Positions 12,687 to 23,060 of a DNA stretch of 64,000 nucleotides are shown one piece after another. The notes beneath the pieces are model-generated. The model ran no database searches, was not told where the DNA came from, and worked only from the letters and a program-made list of their open reading frames with translations. Where the stretch lies: assembly GCA_035654695.1 (NCBI GenBank), contig DASRWG010000001.1:7157-71156 (forward strand), written 5' to 3'. The stretch comes from Gallionella sp. (GTDB lineage Bacteria > Pseudomonadota > Gammaproteobacteria > Burkholderiales > Gallionellaceae). The stretch's first letter is position 1. Each line of letters starts with the position of its first letter. The translations under genes and the position numbers were made by a program.

Positions 12687-13547
12687 ATGGGAGCTTTCCG
12701 GCCATTGTTCAGCGTTTCCGTGGAGCATGGCTACTTCGCGGATGGCGCATGGAAGGGGCTGGATTTTGTCCCGACGCCGGCGACGATGAAGGTAATCAAC
12801 GGCGCGAACGTGCTGGTCAGGCCGACAAAGAACGGCGTGGCGGCGTTTTATGACGAGAGCTGGCTGGACGCGCTGCGGCTTTATGCGGAAGACGCGAACG
12901 GCGCGTTGTGTTTCAGCTTCAAGGTCTATGCAAAAGACCGGACGTTTGCGAATTACACCTCGCCTGCCACGCGTAGCGGAAACGATGTTCTGTACTTCGA
13001 TAACCGCGAAGGAGTTACTGATTTCGGCATCGGCAAGGTCCGCCTGAGCAAGGAAGATTCCGTGTCCGAAAAGGATTCCAGGGGTATCGACAGTTTGGTC
13101 GCAGAGGACATTCTTTGCGACAGGGACAGGCGGGTGCCGCCGGATTTTGTGGTGAGTGTCTGCGTGGCGCCCGGAGTGAGCGACGACACATGGCGGGCTT
13201 TGGATTGTTTCATCCGGTTCGATGCCAGACGGGCTTACTGGAAGTATTACCTGCTGGGGGGCATGAACAGGAGTAATCCCTTTATCGTCGATCTCGACAG
13301 CCGAGTGGAGTTCGAGTTTTGCGGCGAAGTGTTGTTGTTGGGAGACAGGCCGGCAAAGGTGTTCAGGTCGAAAGAACCAATCCCGGTGCTGGAGAAATCG
13401 GCTTGCCGGTTTCAGTTGCGGGAGCAGGGGCCCGGGACGGGGAAGGTGCTGGTCAAGCGCTTGCCGGTCGGCTCCGAAAGCAGGCTGGGCATGGAAGTGA
13501 TCGATGGCAAGCGCGAGATCGTCGCGGAAAGTTTTATCAATTATTGA
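12687..13547 (+). CDS. hypothetical CIS-associated protein between terminator and sheath genes
   Basis: 286-aa ORF in the operon (FRPLFSVSVEHGYF... and C-terminal ...YWKYYL...F.S.EPIP...FQL...LP). No function recognised. Confidence 0.75.
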   Translation: MGAFRPLFSVSVEHGYFADGAWKGLDFVPTPATMKVINGANVLVRPTKNGVAAFYDESWLDALRLYAEDANGALCFSFKVYAKDRTFANYTSPATRSGNDVLYFDNREGVTDFGIGKVRLSKEDSVSEKDSRGIDSLVAEDILCDRDRRVPPDFVVSVCVAPGVSDDTWRALDCFIRFDARRAYWKYYLLGGMNRSNPFIVDLDSRVEFEFCGEVLLLGDRPAKVFRSKEPIPVLEKSACRFQLREQGPGTGKVLVKRLPVGSESRLGMEVIDGKREIVAESFINY

Positions 13548-13633
13548 GTTGTTGATTGATGTTGGTGGTGCAAGTGTTTCAAGAGAGCAGGTTCGATTTA
13601 CGTTAGGTAAGTTAACTATTGAAAGGGGGCAAC

Positions 13634-15145
13634 ATGGGAGCTATGAAAACACCCGGCGTTTATATCGTCGAGAAGAGCGCCTTTCCGAACTCGGTCGTGG
13701 AAGTCGCAACAGCGGTGCCCGCATTTATCGGCTATACCGAAAAAGCGGACAACAAAGGCAAGTCGCTTAGCAATCAGCCTTGGCGGATTACGTCAATGGC
13801 CGAGTTCCAGAATTATTTCGGTTTCGGTCCTTCGGTGGAGTTCAGCCTGACCGAGGCGGCGACGCCGCCCGCGGCTCCGCCATCGATTTCCGTGGGCGGC
13901 AAGGACTACATGCTGGCGCAGTCGAAAGGAAAATATCTGCTGTACTACAGCATGATGCTGTTCTTCCAGAACGGCGGCGGGCCTTGCTACATCGTGTCGA
14001 TAGGCAACTACGGCGATGATGTGGCTATGGACAAGCTTACGGGCGGCATCGATCAGTTGGTCAAGGAGCAGGAACCCACCATCGTGGTGATACCGGATGC
14101 GGTCTTGCTGAAGCAGGCCGATTGCATCAGCGTCGAGCAGGCCATGCTGGATCACTGCGGCAACGTGATGAAGAACCGGGTGGCGATCTTGGATATTTCC
14201 GACGGTCATCGCAGCCGTCAGGATCCGGCTGGCGATCCGGTGGCTACCTTCCGCAATTCGCTGGGCATCAATTTCCTCGATTTCGGCATGGCCTACTATC
14301 CTTGGCTCAATACCACGATCGTCCAGGCGAAGGATTTGGCGTACTGGAATCTGGATAGCGCGAGCCAGACCTTGCTTCAGGGAATGCTGGAAGCCGAACT
14401 CAATATCGCGGCCCAACCGGCAGCCAAGGCCGAGCAGCTCCAGTCCATCGTCGATGGCATCGCCAAGACGGATGCAACGCCGCAAGACAAGGCGATGCTG
14501 AACAAGAGCCTGATCTCGCTCAGCCCGAGTTACAACATGATCCTGACGGACATGGCGGCCATGCTCAACCTGCTGCCTCCGGCTGCCGCCATGGCGGGCG
14601 TGTACACGATGGTGGACAACAATCGCGGGGTCTGGAAAGCACCGGCCAACGTCAGCCTGAATGCGGTGACTTCGCCGACCGTCAACATCACTCACGGCGA
14701 TCAAGAGGATCTGAACGTCACGCCGCAGGGCAAGTCGATCAACGCGATCCGTCCGTTCGTCGGCGAGGGCACGCTGGTATGGGGCGCGCGCACGCTGGAC
14801 GGCAATAGCCTCGACTGGCGCTATATCAACGTCCGCCGCACGATGATCATGCTCGAAGAGTCCATCCGCTTGGCTTCCAAGGCGTACGTGTTCGAGCCCA
14901 ACGTCGCGAATACCTGGGTCACCATCAAGAGCATGATCCGCAACTTCCTGACCGGTATCTGGAAGAAGGGCGGTCTGGCTGGCGCTGTGCCGGACGATGC
15001 GTTTGCCGTTTTCTGCGGTCTCGGAGAAACCATGACGCCGGAAGATATTCTGGAGGGCGTCTTGAGAGTGACGGTGCTGGTGGCGATCAGCCGTCCGGCC
15101 GAATTCATTGAGATCACCTTCCAGCAGCAGATGCAGAAGTCCTGA
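13634..15145 (+). CDS. contractile tail sheath protein (Afp2/3/4-like, single copy)
   Basis: KTPGVYIVE...VATAVPAFIGYT; YYPW; GVWKAPAN; VWGARTL; WRYINVRR; FEPN...TW; PAEFIEITF. Confidence 0.96.
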   Translation: MGAMKTPGVYIVEKSAFPNSVVEVATAVPAFIGYTEKADNKGKSLSNQPWRITSMAEFQNYFGFGPSVEFSLTEAATPPAAPPSISVGGKDYMLAQSKGKYLLYYSMMLFFQNGGGPCYIVSIGNYGDDVAMDKLTGGIDQLVKEQEPTIVVIPDAVLLKQADCISVEQAMLDHCGNVMKNRVAILDISDGHRSRQDPAGDPVATFRNSLGINFLDFGMAYYPWLNTTIVQAKDLAYWNLDSASQTLLQGMLEAELNIAAQPAAKAEQLQSIVDGIAKTDATPQDKAMLNKSLISLSPSYNMILTDMAAMLNLLPPAAAMAGVYTMVDNNRGVWKAPANVSLNAVTSPTVNITHGDQEDLNVTPQGKSINAIRPFVGEGTLVWGARTLDGNSLDWRYINVRRTMIMLEESIRLASKAYVFEPNVANTWVTIKSMIRNFLTGIWKKGGLAGAVPDDAFAVFCGLGETMTPEDILEGVLRVTVLVAISRPAEFIEITFQQQMQKS

Positions 15146-15208
15146 TCCGCAGTGCAGCCAGTTAACGCATCAACAACCATTTAACATTTTTATAGAGAGG
15201 AGTATGTC

Positions 15209-15667
15209 ATGGCAGATGACGGTTCCGCACAATCGGCGACAGTATGGCCCATGCCCAAGTTCTACTTCCAGGTGAAGTGGGATGCCAACGTGATGTCTTT
15301 CCAGGAAGTGTCCGGCCTGGATATCCAGTCGGAAGAAATTAAATACCGGCACGGCGACAGCCCGCAGTTCTCGGTCATCAAGATGCCGGGGATGAAGAAG
15401 TACGGCAACATCACCATGAAGAAGGGCATCTTCAAGGGAGACAACAAGTTCTGGGATTGGCTCAACCAGATCAAGATGAACACCATCAAGCGCGTTCCGG
15501 TCACCATCAGCCTGCTCGACGAGGCCGGTGCGCCCACGATGGTGTGGACGCTGGCGAACGCCTGGCCGACCAAGATCACCGGGACGGACCTCAAGTCGGA
15601 AGGCAACGAAGTGGCGGTCGAGTCCATCGAGATCGTCCACGAAGGCCTCACCATCGCCAACGGTTGA
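15209..15667 (+). CDS. tail tube protein 1 (T4 gp19/Afp1-like)
   Basis: WPMPKFYFQV...FQEVSGL...YRHG...KMPG..KYGNITMKKG...W.L.NAWPTK...NEVAVESIEIVHEGL. Confidence 0.95.
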   Translation: MADDGSAQSATVWPMPKFYFQVKWDANVMSFQEVSGLDIQSEEIKYRHGDSPQFSVIKMPGMKKYGNITMKKGIFKGDNKFWDWLNQIKMNTIKRVPVTISLLDEAGAPTMVWTLANAWPTKITGTDLKSEGNEVAVESIEIVHEGLTIANG

Positions 15668-15685
15668 TGATGCCGGCGTAGTCAT

Positions 15686-15716
15686 GGGGGAGGGGAAACC
15701 CTTCCCCGGTTTTTTG
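15686..15716 (+). terminator. intrinsic terminator-like hairpin between the two tube genes
   Basis: GGGGGAGGGG-AAA-CCCTTCCCC followed by GGTTTTTTG. Confidence 0.6.
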
Positions 15717-15746
15717 TAATTTCTGATTTTTGTCATCGACGAACCC

Positions 15747-16199
15747 ATGGTTGATTCCGCTTATCCGCTGCCGGCCTTTTATTTCAAGGTCGTGTTCGCG
15801 TCCTCGCAGGGGAATTCGGACACTTCTTTTCAGGAGGTGTCCGGCATTTCTTCCGAGATGGAAACCGAGCCGATAGTCGAGGGAGGCAACCAGTACACGC
15901 GGCAATTGCCGAAATCGCTCAAACATTCGAACCTGGTATTGAAGCGCGGCATCGCCGACATGAGTTCGCCGCTGGTCGTCTGGTGCCAGAAGGTGCTGGA
16001 AACGAATTTCATGGAGCCTATCGTGCCGACGCTGGTCAGCGTGTATTTGCTGAACGAAGAAGGAAATCCGTTGCGCGGATGGGAGTTCACCGACGCCTAT
16101 CCGGTCAAGTGGAATGTCGAGGCATTCAACTCGACGAAAAACGATGTGGCGATAGAAACGATCGAATTGAGTTACATGAGTTCTTCGCGGACTCTCTGA
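15747..16199 (+). CDS. tail tube protein 2 (Afp5-like)
   Basis: YPLPAFYFKV...FQEVSGI...EGGN...LP....SNLVLKRG...W.F..AYPVKW...N.VAIETIEL.Y. Confidence 0.93.
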   Translation: MVDSAYPLPAFYFKVVFASSQGNSDTSFQEVSGISSEMETEPIVEGGNQYTRQLPKSLKHSNLVLKRGIADMSSPLVVWCQKVLETNFMEPIVPTLVSVYLLNEEGNPLRGWEFTDAYPVKWNVEAFNSTKNDVAIETIELSYMSSSRTL

Positions 16200-16204
16200 A
16201 CATC

Positions 16205-16363
16205 ATGTCGATAGAGATAAGACAGATGGTGGTGAAGTCGAACGTGGTGCAACGCAGCACCCCGGACGAGGAAACCGACATCGAAGAAAACGGGAATCGG
16301 GCGATTCTCGAAGAATGCAAAAGGCTGATCCAGGAAGCCTTGCAAGAAATTAAGGAGAGATAA
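16205..16363 (+). CDS. small CIS protein, DUF5908/Afp6-like
   Basis: MSIEIRQMVVKSNV...ILEEC...QEIKER; 52 aa in the Afp6 position, with the characteristic N-terminal IEIR and C-terminal ER. Confidence 0.75.
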   Translation: MSIEIRQMVVKSNVVQRSTPDEETDIEENGNRAILEECKRLIQEALQEIKER

Positions 16364-17044
16364 TTGATCACCAAGCTGACGATCACTCCATGCAGTCTTG
16401 ACGATAAGGGCGATGTCACCGGCCCCAGGACCGGCGAGGCCTTTACGGTCAGACTGAACCCGTCGAATTACACGCGCAACTTCGAAATCACCTACAACAC
16501 CACCAAGGCGATGGGCGCGCCGGTGATGCAGCCGCGATTCAGCGGCGCGGGCGAGAAGAAGATGGATTTCGACATCGTCATGGACGGGACCGGCGTGGTT
16601 CCGCCGACCTCGGCGAATTCGACGGCCATCGATGTCGATACGCAACTGGGCGACCTGAGGAAGGTCGTCTATACGCTGGACGGGGAGGAGCACGAACCGA
16701 ATACCGTGATGCTGGTGTGGGGGAGTTTCAGTTTCGTCGGTAAGCTCAGCACGATGTCGGTCGAGTACACCCTGTTCAAGCCGACCGGGGATCCGCTGAG
16801 AGCGAAGGTGAAGCTGTCTTTCATCCAGTATGTCGGCCCGACGGAGGCGGCGAATACCGCCAATCTGCGTTCACCCGACCTGACCCATTCCGTGGATGTG
16901 CAGGCGGGCGATTCCTTGCCCCTGCTGTGTTTCCGCATCTACAAAAACAGCGGCTATTACCTGGAAGTCGCGAAGTTCAACGGCATCACCAATTTTCGAA
17001 ATATCAAGCCGGGCACGCGGCTGAATTTTCCGCCGTTAAGGTAA
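16364..17044 (+). CDS. Afp7-like tube initiator / LysM baseplate hub protein
   Basis: F.V.LNP..Y; LVWG...F.G.L....V.YTLF...G.PLRAKV.LSF; C-terminal LysM (SPDLTH.V.V.AGDSLPLLC..IY...YY.EVA..NGI.NFR.I.PG..L.FPP). Confidence 0.9.
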   Translation: MITKLTITPCSLDDKGDVTGPRTGEAFTVRLNPSNYTRNFEITYNTTKAMGAPVMQPRFSGAGEKKMDFDIVMDGTGVVPPTSANSTAIDVDTQLGDLRKVVYTLDGEEHEPNTVMLVWGSFSFVGKLSTMSVEYTLFKPTGDPLRAKVKLSFIQYVGPTEAANTANLRSPDLTHSVDVQAGDSLPLLCFRIYKNSGYYLEVAKFNGITNFRNIKPGTRLNFPPLR

Positions 17045-17050
17045 AGCATC

Positions 17051-18838
17051 ATGGCGAGTTCACCGGCGATAGATGGCGGGGTTGTCAGGCTGTCCCTGTT
17101 CAGCGAGGGGACGGCCCTGCCCGGCACGGTGCAGGTCGTATCCGTGTCGGTCAGGAAGACCATCAACAAGATACCGGTGGCCGAGATCGTCGTGCTGGAC
17201 GGCGACATGCCGCAGAAGGATTTCCCGGTCAGCAATGCCGCCTATTTCAAACCCGGCGGCGCGATAAAAATCAACGCCGGATACGGCTCCGATGAGGAGA
17301 CCATTTTCGAGGGCATCGTCGTCAAGCACGGCATCAAGATCACCGGCGACAATTATTCCCGGCTGGTCGTCGAATGCCGCGACAAGGCCGTCGCGATGAC
17401 CATAGGCCGCAAGAACGCCAACTATGTCGATTCGAAAGACAGCGACATCATCACCAAGCTCATCGGCAATTGCAGCGGGCTCACCGCCGATGTGGGAGCT
17501 ACCGATACGCAGTACAAAGAGCTGGTGCAGTACTACTGCACGGACTGGGATTTCATGCTGTCGCGCGCCGAGGTCAATGGCTTGCTGGTGATCGTGGATG
17601 CCGCCAAGGTGAGCGTCAAGGCGCCTGCGACCGACGGCACGCCCCAGTTGAAAATCACTTACGGCAGCGACTTGCTGGAGTTCCACGCCAACATCGATGC
17701 CAGAAACCAGTTCTCCAAGGTCGAAGGCGTCTCGTGGGACGTGAAAAATCAGGCCATCGTGGAGCAGCAGGCGACGCCGAAGACGCTGAACGAGCAGGGC
17801 GACCTGACTTCTGCCACGCTGGCCAAGGTCATCGGGCTGAGCGCATTCCGTCTCCAGACCCCGGCCCCGCTGGAAAGCGCCGCGCTGAAGTCATGGGCCG
17901 ATGCGCAGCAGGTCAAGTCCGGGCTGGCCAGAGTGCAGGGGCGCATGCGCTTTCAGGGCAGCGCCAAGGCCAAGGCGGGCGAACTGATCGAGATCGAGGG
18001 CGTGGGCAACCGCTTCAACGGCAAGGTGTTCGTCAGTTCCGTCCATCATCAGGTGACCGACGGAAACTGGACTACGGAAGCCGAATTCGGCATGCCGCAC
18101 GACTGGTTTGCCGAGAACCGCGACCTGGTCGCGCCGCCCGCATCGGGCTTGCTGCCGGGAATCGAAGGGCTGCATGTCGGCGTGGTGAAGAAACTGGATG
18201 CCGATCCGGAAGGGCAGTACAAAGTTCAGGTTTCGATTCCCGTGTTGAAGGCGGAAACGGACGGCGTGTGGGCCAGGCTGATGCAGTTCTACGCGTCCGA
18301 CGGCATCGGCGCGTTCTTCGTGCCGGAGATCGGCGACGAGGTCGTGCTCGGCTATTTCAACAACGATCCTTCCAACCCGGTGATTCTGGGCAGCCTGTAC
18401 AGCAGCAAGCGCAAGCCGTCCTACGAATTGACCGCGGACAATTTCAAGAAAGCCATCGTCACCAAGAGCAAACTCACGCTCGAATTCGACGACGACAAGA
18501 AAATCATCACCATCGTCACGCCGGGAAAAAACCAGATCGTGATTAGCGACGACGGCAAGTCCATCCTGCTGAAGGACCAGACCGGCAATCAGGCCAAGCT
18601 CAGCGAGGATGGCATCCTGCTGGATAGCCCCAAGGACATCACCATCTCCGCCAAGGGCAAGGTCAGTATCTCGGCCACGGGCAATGTGGAGATCGAGTCC
18701 AAGGCCGACTTCAAGGGCGACGCGCTGAACATCACCCACACCGCAAAGACCGGTTTCACGGCCAAGGGCAATGCCAGCGCCGAAATTTCCGCATCGGGCC
18801 AGACGACCGTAAAGGGCGCGATGGTCATGATTAATTGA
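17051..18838 (+). CDS. VgrG/Afp8-like spike protein
   Basis: INKIPVAEIVVLDG; VQYYCTDWDFMLSRAEVNG; gp5 OB-fold WARL...YA..G.G.FF.PEIGDEV.LG...DP..PVILGSLY; C-terminal beta-helix repeats. Confidence 0.93.
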   Translation: MASSPAIDGGVVRLSLFSEGTALPGTVQVVSVSVRKTINKIPVAEIVVLDGDMPQKDFPVSNAAYFKPGGAIKINAGYGSDEETIFEGIVVKHGIKITGDNYSRLVVECRDKAVAMTIGRKNANYVDSKDSDIITKLIGNCSGLTADVGATDTQYKELVQYYCTDWDFMLSRAEVNGLLVIVDAAKVSVKAPATDGTPQLKITYGSDLLEFHANIDARNQFSKVEGVSWDVKNQAIVEQQATPKTLNEQGDLTSATLAKVIGLSAFRLQTPAPLESAALKSWADAQQVKSGLARVQGRMRFQGSAKAKAGELIEIEGVGNRFNGKVFVSSVHHQVTDGNWTTEAEFGMPHDWFAENRDLVAPPASGLLPGIEGLHVGVVKKLDADPEGQYKVQVSIPVLKAETDGVWARLMQFYASDGIGAFFVPEIGDEVVLGYFNNDPSNPVILGSLYSSKRKPSYELTADNFKKAIVTKSKLTLEFDDDKKIITIVTPGKNQIVISDDGKSILLKDQTGNQAKLSEDGILLDSPKDITISAKGKVSISATGNVEIESKADFKGDALNITHTAKTGFTAKGNASAEISASGQTTVKGAMVMIN

Positions 18839-18845
18839 CGGGCTG

Positions 18846-19268
18846 ATGACGATGAGTGCCGATCAATCCTTTCTGGGCGCGGGCTGGGGATTCCCGCCCG
18901 AATTCAACCGCGATGCCGGGACGGTCCGGATGGTTCACGGCGCGGAGGATATCGACGAGAGCCTGCGCATCCTGATGGCCACCGTGCCCAAGGAGCGGGT
19001 CATGCAGCCCGCATACGGCTGCGGGCTGAAGCAACTGGTATTCGAAAGCATCAACGAAAGCACCCTGACGCTGATCCGGGATGCGATTGGGCGGGCCGTG
19101 CTTTATTTCGAGCCGCGGGTCGATCTGGAGGAGATCGAGATAGACGAAGAGCAGGCGCAAGAAGGCGTGCTGTTAATCAAACTCAACTACCGTGTCAGGA
19201 CGACGAACAGCAGAGCCAATCTGGTTTTCCCGTTCTATTTCCTGCAAGGCACTAACCTTTCCGCGTAA
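18846..19268 (+). CDS. gp25/GPW-like baseplate protein (Afp9-like)
   Basis: FLGAGWGFPPEF...DIDESL.IL..T...ERVMQP.YGC.L...FEPR....N..NLVFPFY...GT. Confidence 0.94.
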   Translation: MTMSADQSFLGAGWGFPPEFNRDAGTVRMVHGAEDIDESLRILMATVPKERVMQPAYGCGLKQLVFESINESTLTLIRDAIGRAVLYFEPRVDLEEIEIDEEQAQEGVLLIKLNYRVRTTNSRANLVFPFYFLQGTNLSA

Positions 19269-19277
19269 TCGGACACG

Positions 19278-22200
19278 ATGGCCAAGTTGATTATCAGGGA
19301 CGGAACCAGCCAGGACGAGCGCCTGTTGCCCGCATTGAAGGAGGGATATGTCAATGTGGACGAGATGCGTTTCGAGGATATGTTGGCCATGGCCTCGGAA
19401 TATGCCGCCCTGATTAAGCATCACGATGCGGACTCGCGCGCCGACGTCAACTGGGCCGAATTTTTCGGGGCCGACGAGGCCTGCATACTCGCGTCGATAT
19501 TGGCGACGAACCTGAGCGGCATCGAGCGGGATTTTTCCGCGTTCGTCGCGGAACCGGAGGCGAGGCTTGCCCAGTTGCTTGATTGTCGTGCCGATCCGGC
19601 GATGCTGCCGACCTTCAGGCTGGCGGTGGCTATCGATGCATGGCTCGTCAGGCTGGGCAGGTTGTCGAGCGTCGCGGCAGTGCGGATGCGCGAGAGCATA
19701 CAGGGCGTGATCGAAAAAACGCTGGGGACGGAATTGCAGCGCCTGCGCGTTTTCTTGCGGCAACACCATGCGCATAACGCCGACGAGGCATTCCGGGCGT
19801 TCGGCCCGATCTGGGGCGGCGACGGGAAACCGGGCAAGGGCGGCAGCGCAATTCCCGGCCCGGCATCCGGATCGCCCGCCGTCGCGGAATTCCTGAAATC
19901 CAACTTCCATGCGTTTTACAACGCCCTGTCGTTCCTGCAAGGCGGGGCGCGGGATATGTTGCACGTGTCGCTCGAACGGCATAACCACGATCCGGCGATA
20001 GGCCTGTATATCGCGTTCCTGCGCTTGTTTGCCAGGGTGCAGGACAAGGCCAACAAGTTCACCATGCGGCATCTGAATTTTTATTACGAAGACGTATTGA
20101 AAATCCAGCGCCGCGATTTCGTTCCCGACAGCGCCTATTTGATTGTCCGTCCGGACACCGCGGGCCGCGAGGTGGAGATAGGCAAAGGCACGGAATTCAG
20201 GGCCGGTCTGGACGAGAACGATGCCGAACTGCTGTATGCGGCGGACAACGACCTGCTGGTGACCGATGCGAAGGTGAGCTCCCTGCACACCCTATATTTC
20301 GGACGCAACAGCCTGAGCTCTCCCGAAAATGCGCTGGCCTCGCCGCCGGGGCGCGGCGGAAGGCGCAAGCGGTTCGCCACTTCGGCGAAGTTGAACCGGA
20401 TGGGGCGCGGTGGAGAGAACGGCGCACCGGTTTCGCATCCCCTGTTCGGCGTACCGCAACGCACCAAAGCCGCCAGCCATTTCGAGGAAGCGCGGATCGG
20501 ATTCGCCGTCGCGAGCAACGTGCTGTTGCTGAAACACGGGCAACGCGATATCGGCCTGACTTTCAAACTTGCTCCCGGCGGCAAGGCGGGCGACCCGAAT
20601 GCGTTCGCGGACAGGTTGAGCCGGGTGCTGCCGACAAGCAAGGCGGACGCATTCTTCAAGGCATTCCGCCACATGTTCAGGATCAGCCTCACCGGCGAAA
20701 GCGGCTGGTTCGAGGTTGACGATTATTTGCCGTTGAGCCGGATCGTCGATGAAGACGATTGCGAAGAAAACTGTTTCAAGATCCAGTTGCGCCTCCCCGA
20801 TAGCGCGGGAGCGGTCGTGCCATATTCGCCGGAAATCCACGGCGAGAATTTCGACACCGGTTTGCCGGTGGTCAGGTTCCTTGTCAATCCGGATGCCTAT
20901 CTGTATCCCTACAGCCTCTTGTCAGAAATGGCGGTCAGGGAAATCTTGATCGAGGTCGATGTCAGGGGCTGCACGGATATCCGGATATACAACCAGTACG
21001 GCCCGTTGAGCGCCGATGTGCAGTTCAACCCATTCGGGCCGTCGCCGTCCTTCGGCGATTATCTCGTGGTCGGCAGCTACGAGGCTGCCAGGAAGAAACT
21101 GGTTGCCTTCGAGGTGGATGTCGAATGGAGCGGGTTGCCGCAGGAAATGAACGGTTTCGGCGAATACTATCGGGCCTATTCGATGTCCATCGATAACGCC
21201 ACGTTCAAGGCCGGCCTCGCCGTGTTGCGCGATCGAAAGTGGCAGCCTGCCGAAGAGGGCGAGCAGCCTGTCGTGGAGCTGTTCGAGTCCCGCGATGGCG
21301 CCGGGAAAAACGGGGACGGCGCGGGAAAAAACGGCAGCGGCAAAGTCGGCAAGCGGCGACGTTTTTCTTTTCGCGGCGAGTGCAAATTCATGAGGCCGCT
21401 GGAGAACGTCGCTGAAGAGCAATACGGCTATGACTCGCTGTCCAAGGACGGATTCTTCAAGCTCGCGCTGACCCAGCCGTCTTTTGCCTTCGGCCACAAA
21501 GAGTATCCGGCTATCCTGACCAAGGTGATGACCGATAACGCCAGGCTCAAGAAATTCGGGCTCGCTAAATGGCTGTCCCGCTCGCTGCCGCCCAAGCCGT
21601 TGCCGAATACGCCCTATACGCCGTTGATAAGCGCCATCTCGGTCAATTACAAAGCGGTCTCTCAAATCAGCCTGGAGCGCATCGGCTCGACGGAAGAGGG
21701 GCTGCGCCAGGAAAAAATATTCCACCTCCACCCGCAAGGCTTCGAGAGCCTGTCGCCGCGAGCCTACGGAAAAATCCATCTGGTTCCGCGTTACGAAACG
21801 GACGGGAATTTGTTCATCGGCCTTACGGCAACCAGACTGTCCGGCCCGCTCACCCTGTTCTTCCATTTGCGCGAGGACTCGCTGCCGGATGCCAGCGCCA
21901 GACCATTCGAATTCGAGTGGTATTACCTCGCATCGAACCAGTGGAGGCCGTTCAAAAAGACCCAAGTGGTATCCGATACGACCGACGGCTTCCTGTCGTC
22001 CGGCATCGTGACGCTGGACATCCCGGACGACATCGATCGCGCAAACACCATACTGCCGTCGGACCGGTTCTGGCTCAGGGTGTCCGTGGACGACGAGCGC
22101 ATGCATACGCTGTGCAGTCTCTATGCGGTGCATGCCCAGGCGTTGCGGGTGAGTTGGGCGAAACAGGAGGCGAACAGCCTTGCCCATCTCTCGTCCCCGC

Positions 22201-23060
22201 TGCCTGCGGGCAGCATCAAAGAAACGAAGTTCTCGATTCCGGGACTCGCCGGGATACGCCAGATCATGGAGTCCTCAGGCGGGAAGCCGCCCGAGAGCGA
22301 CACGCAACGAACGATACGGGCCAGCGAACGCCTGCGCCACAAGAACCGCGCGATTACGCCATGGGATTACGAGAGACTGATCCTGCAACGATTCCCGGAG
22401 ATATACAAAGCCAAATGCTTCTCCTGCATGACGGGCGATGCGGAGGCGCGGCGCAAGATCAAACCGGGCCATCTGCTGATCGTATTGATTCCGTATCTGA
22501 AAGAGTCGGCCACGGCGAATTCGCATCCCATGGTCAATGCCTTGCTGTTGCGGGAGGTCAGGGATTTCGTCAAGGGGCTCGCATCCGCTTGCGTGAAAAT
22601 TTCGGTCAGGAATCCGGCTTACGAACGGATACAGGTGCGCTGCAAAGTGAAGTTCGGGAATGGCGCGGGGCGGGGCGCGCAACTCAACCGGTTGAACCGG
22701 GAAATCGTGAATTACCTGTCTCCCTGGAGCGACGGCGGACTGGCGGCGCGGTTCGGCTGGCGGCTCCGCTGCAACGACATCCAGTCCCACATCCAGGGGC
22801 TCGACTATGTCGAATCCGTTTCCGGGCTTTCCATGCTGCGGATCGATGACGGCGACGACAGCAGCCACCATCGGCTTTCCGATACGGCGCGGAGCAAGAG
22901 CGGCGATATTCAGCCGCTCCATCCGTGGAGCATCGCGATACCCGTCGGACATCACCTGATCGAGGTCGAGGACGAGGCGGGCGTCTGTCCGCCCCGGAAA
23001 ACCGGGATCGCCAATTTGGCTATCGGAAACACATTCATTTTGTCACGGGGAAATCAATGA
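19278..23060 (+). CDS. baseplate wedge protein (Afp11/gpJ-like)
   Basis: DGTSQDER; HDPAIGLYIAFLRLF...N.FT.RHL.FYY..VL; F.PFG..P; S.GG...E...R.SERLRHKNRAITPWDYERLIL..FP.I. Confidence 0.9.
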   Translation: MAKLIIRDGTSQDERLLPALKEGYVNVDEMRFEDMLAMASEYAALIKHHDADSRADVNWAEFFGADEACILASILATNLSGIERDFSAFVAEPEARLAQLLDCRADPAMLPTFRLAVAIDAWLVRLGRLSSVAAVRMRESIQGVIEKTLGTELQRLRVFLRQHHAHNADEAFRAFGPIWGGDGKPGKGGSAIPGPASGSPAVAEFLKSNFHAFYNALSFLQGGARDMLHVSLERHNHDPAIGLYIAFLRLFARVQDKANKFTMRHLNFYYEDVLKIQRRDFVPDSAYLIVRPDTAGREVEIGKGTEFRAGLDENDAELLYAADNDLLVTDAKVSSLHTLYFGRNSLSSPENALASPPGRGGRRKRFATSAKLNRMGRGGENGAPVSHPLFGVPQRTKAASHFEEARIGFAVASNVLLLKHGQRDIGLTFKLAPGGKAGDPNAFADRLSRVLPTSKADAFFKAFRHMFRISLTGESGWFEVDDYLPLSRIVDEDDCEENCFKIQLRLPDSAGAVVPYSPEIHGENFDTGLPVVRFLVNPDAYLYPYSLLSEMAVREILIEVDVRGCTDIRIYNQYGPLSADVQFNPFGPSPSFGDYLVVGSYEAARKKLVAFEVDVEWSGLPQEMNGFGEYYRAYSMSIDNATFKAGLAVLRDRKWQPAEEGEQPVVELFESRDGAGKNGDGAGKNGSGKVGKRRRFSFRGECKFMRPLENVAEEQYGYDSLSKDGFFKLALTQPSFAFGHKEYPAILTKVMTDNARLKKFGLAKWLSRSLPPKPLPNTPYTPLISAISVNYKAVSQISLERIGSTEEGLRQEKIFHLHPQGFESLSPRAYGKIHLVPRYETDGNLFIGLTATRLSGPLTLFFHLREDSLPDASARPFEFEWYYLASNQWRPFKKTQVVSDTTDGFLSSGIVTLDIPDDIDRANTILPSDRFWLRVSVDDERMHTLCSLYAVHAQALRVSWAKQEANSLAHLSSPLPAGSIKETKFSIPGLAGIRQIMESSGGKPPESDTQRTIRASERLRHKNRAITPWDYERLILQRFPEIYKAKCFSCMTGDAEARRKIKPGHLLIVLIPYLKESATANSHPMVNALLLREVRDFVKGLASACVKISVRNPAYERIQVRCKVKFGNGAGRGAQLNRLNREIVNYLSPWSDGGLAARFGWRLRCNDIQSHIQGLDYVESVSGLSMLRIDDGDDSSHHRLSDTARSKSGDIQPLHPWSIAIPVGHHLIEVEDEAGVCPPRKTGIANLAIGNTFILSRGNQ

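Noticed and set aside
21295-21340. DGAGKNG duplicated in the baseplate gene
   Set aside because: A small in-frame duplication in a probable loop; no evidence of significance.
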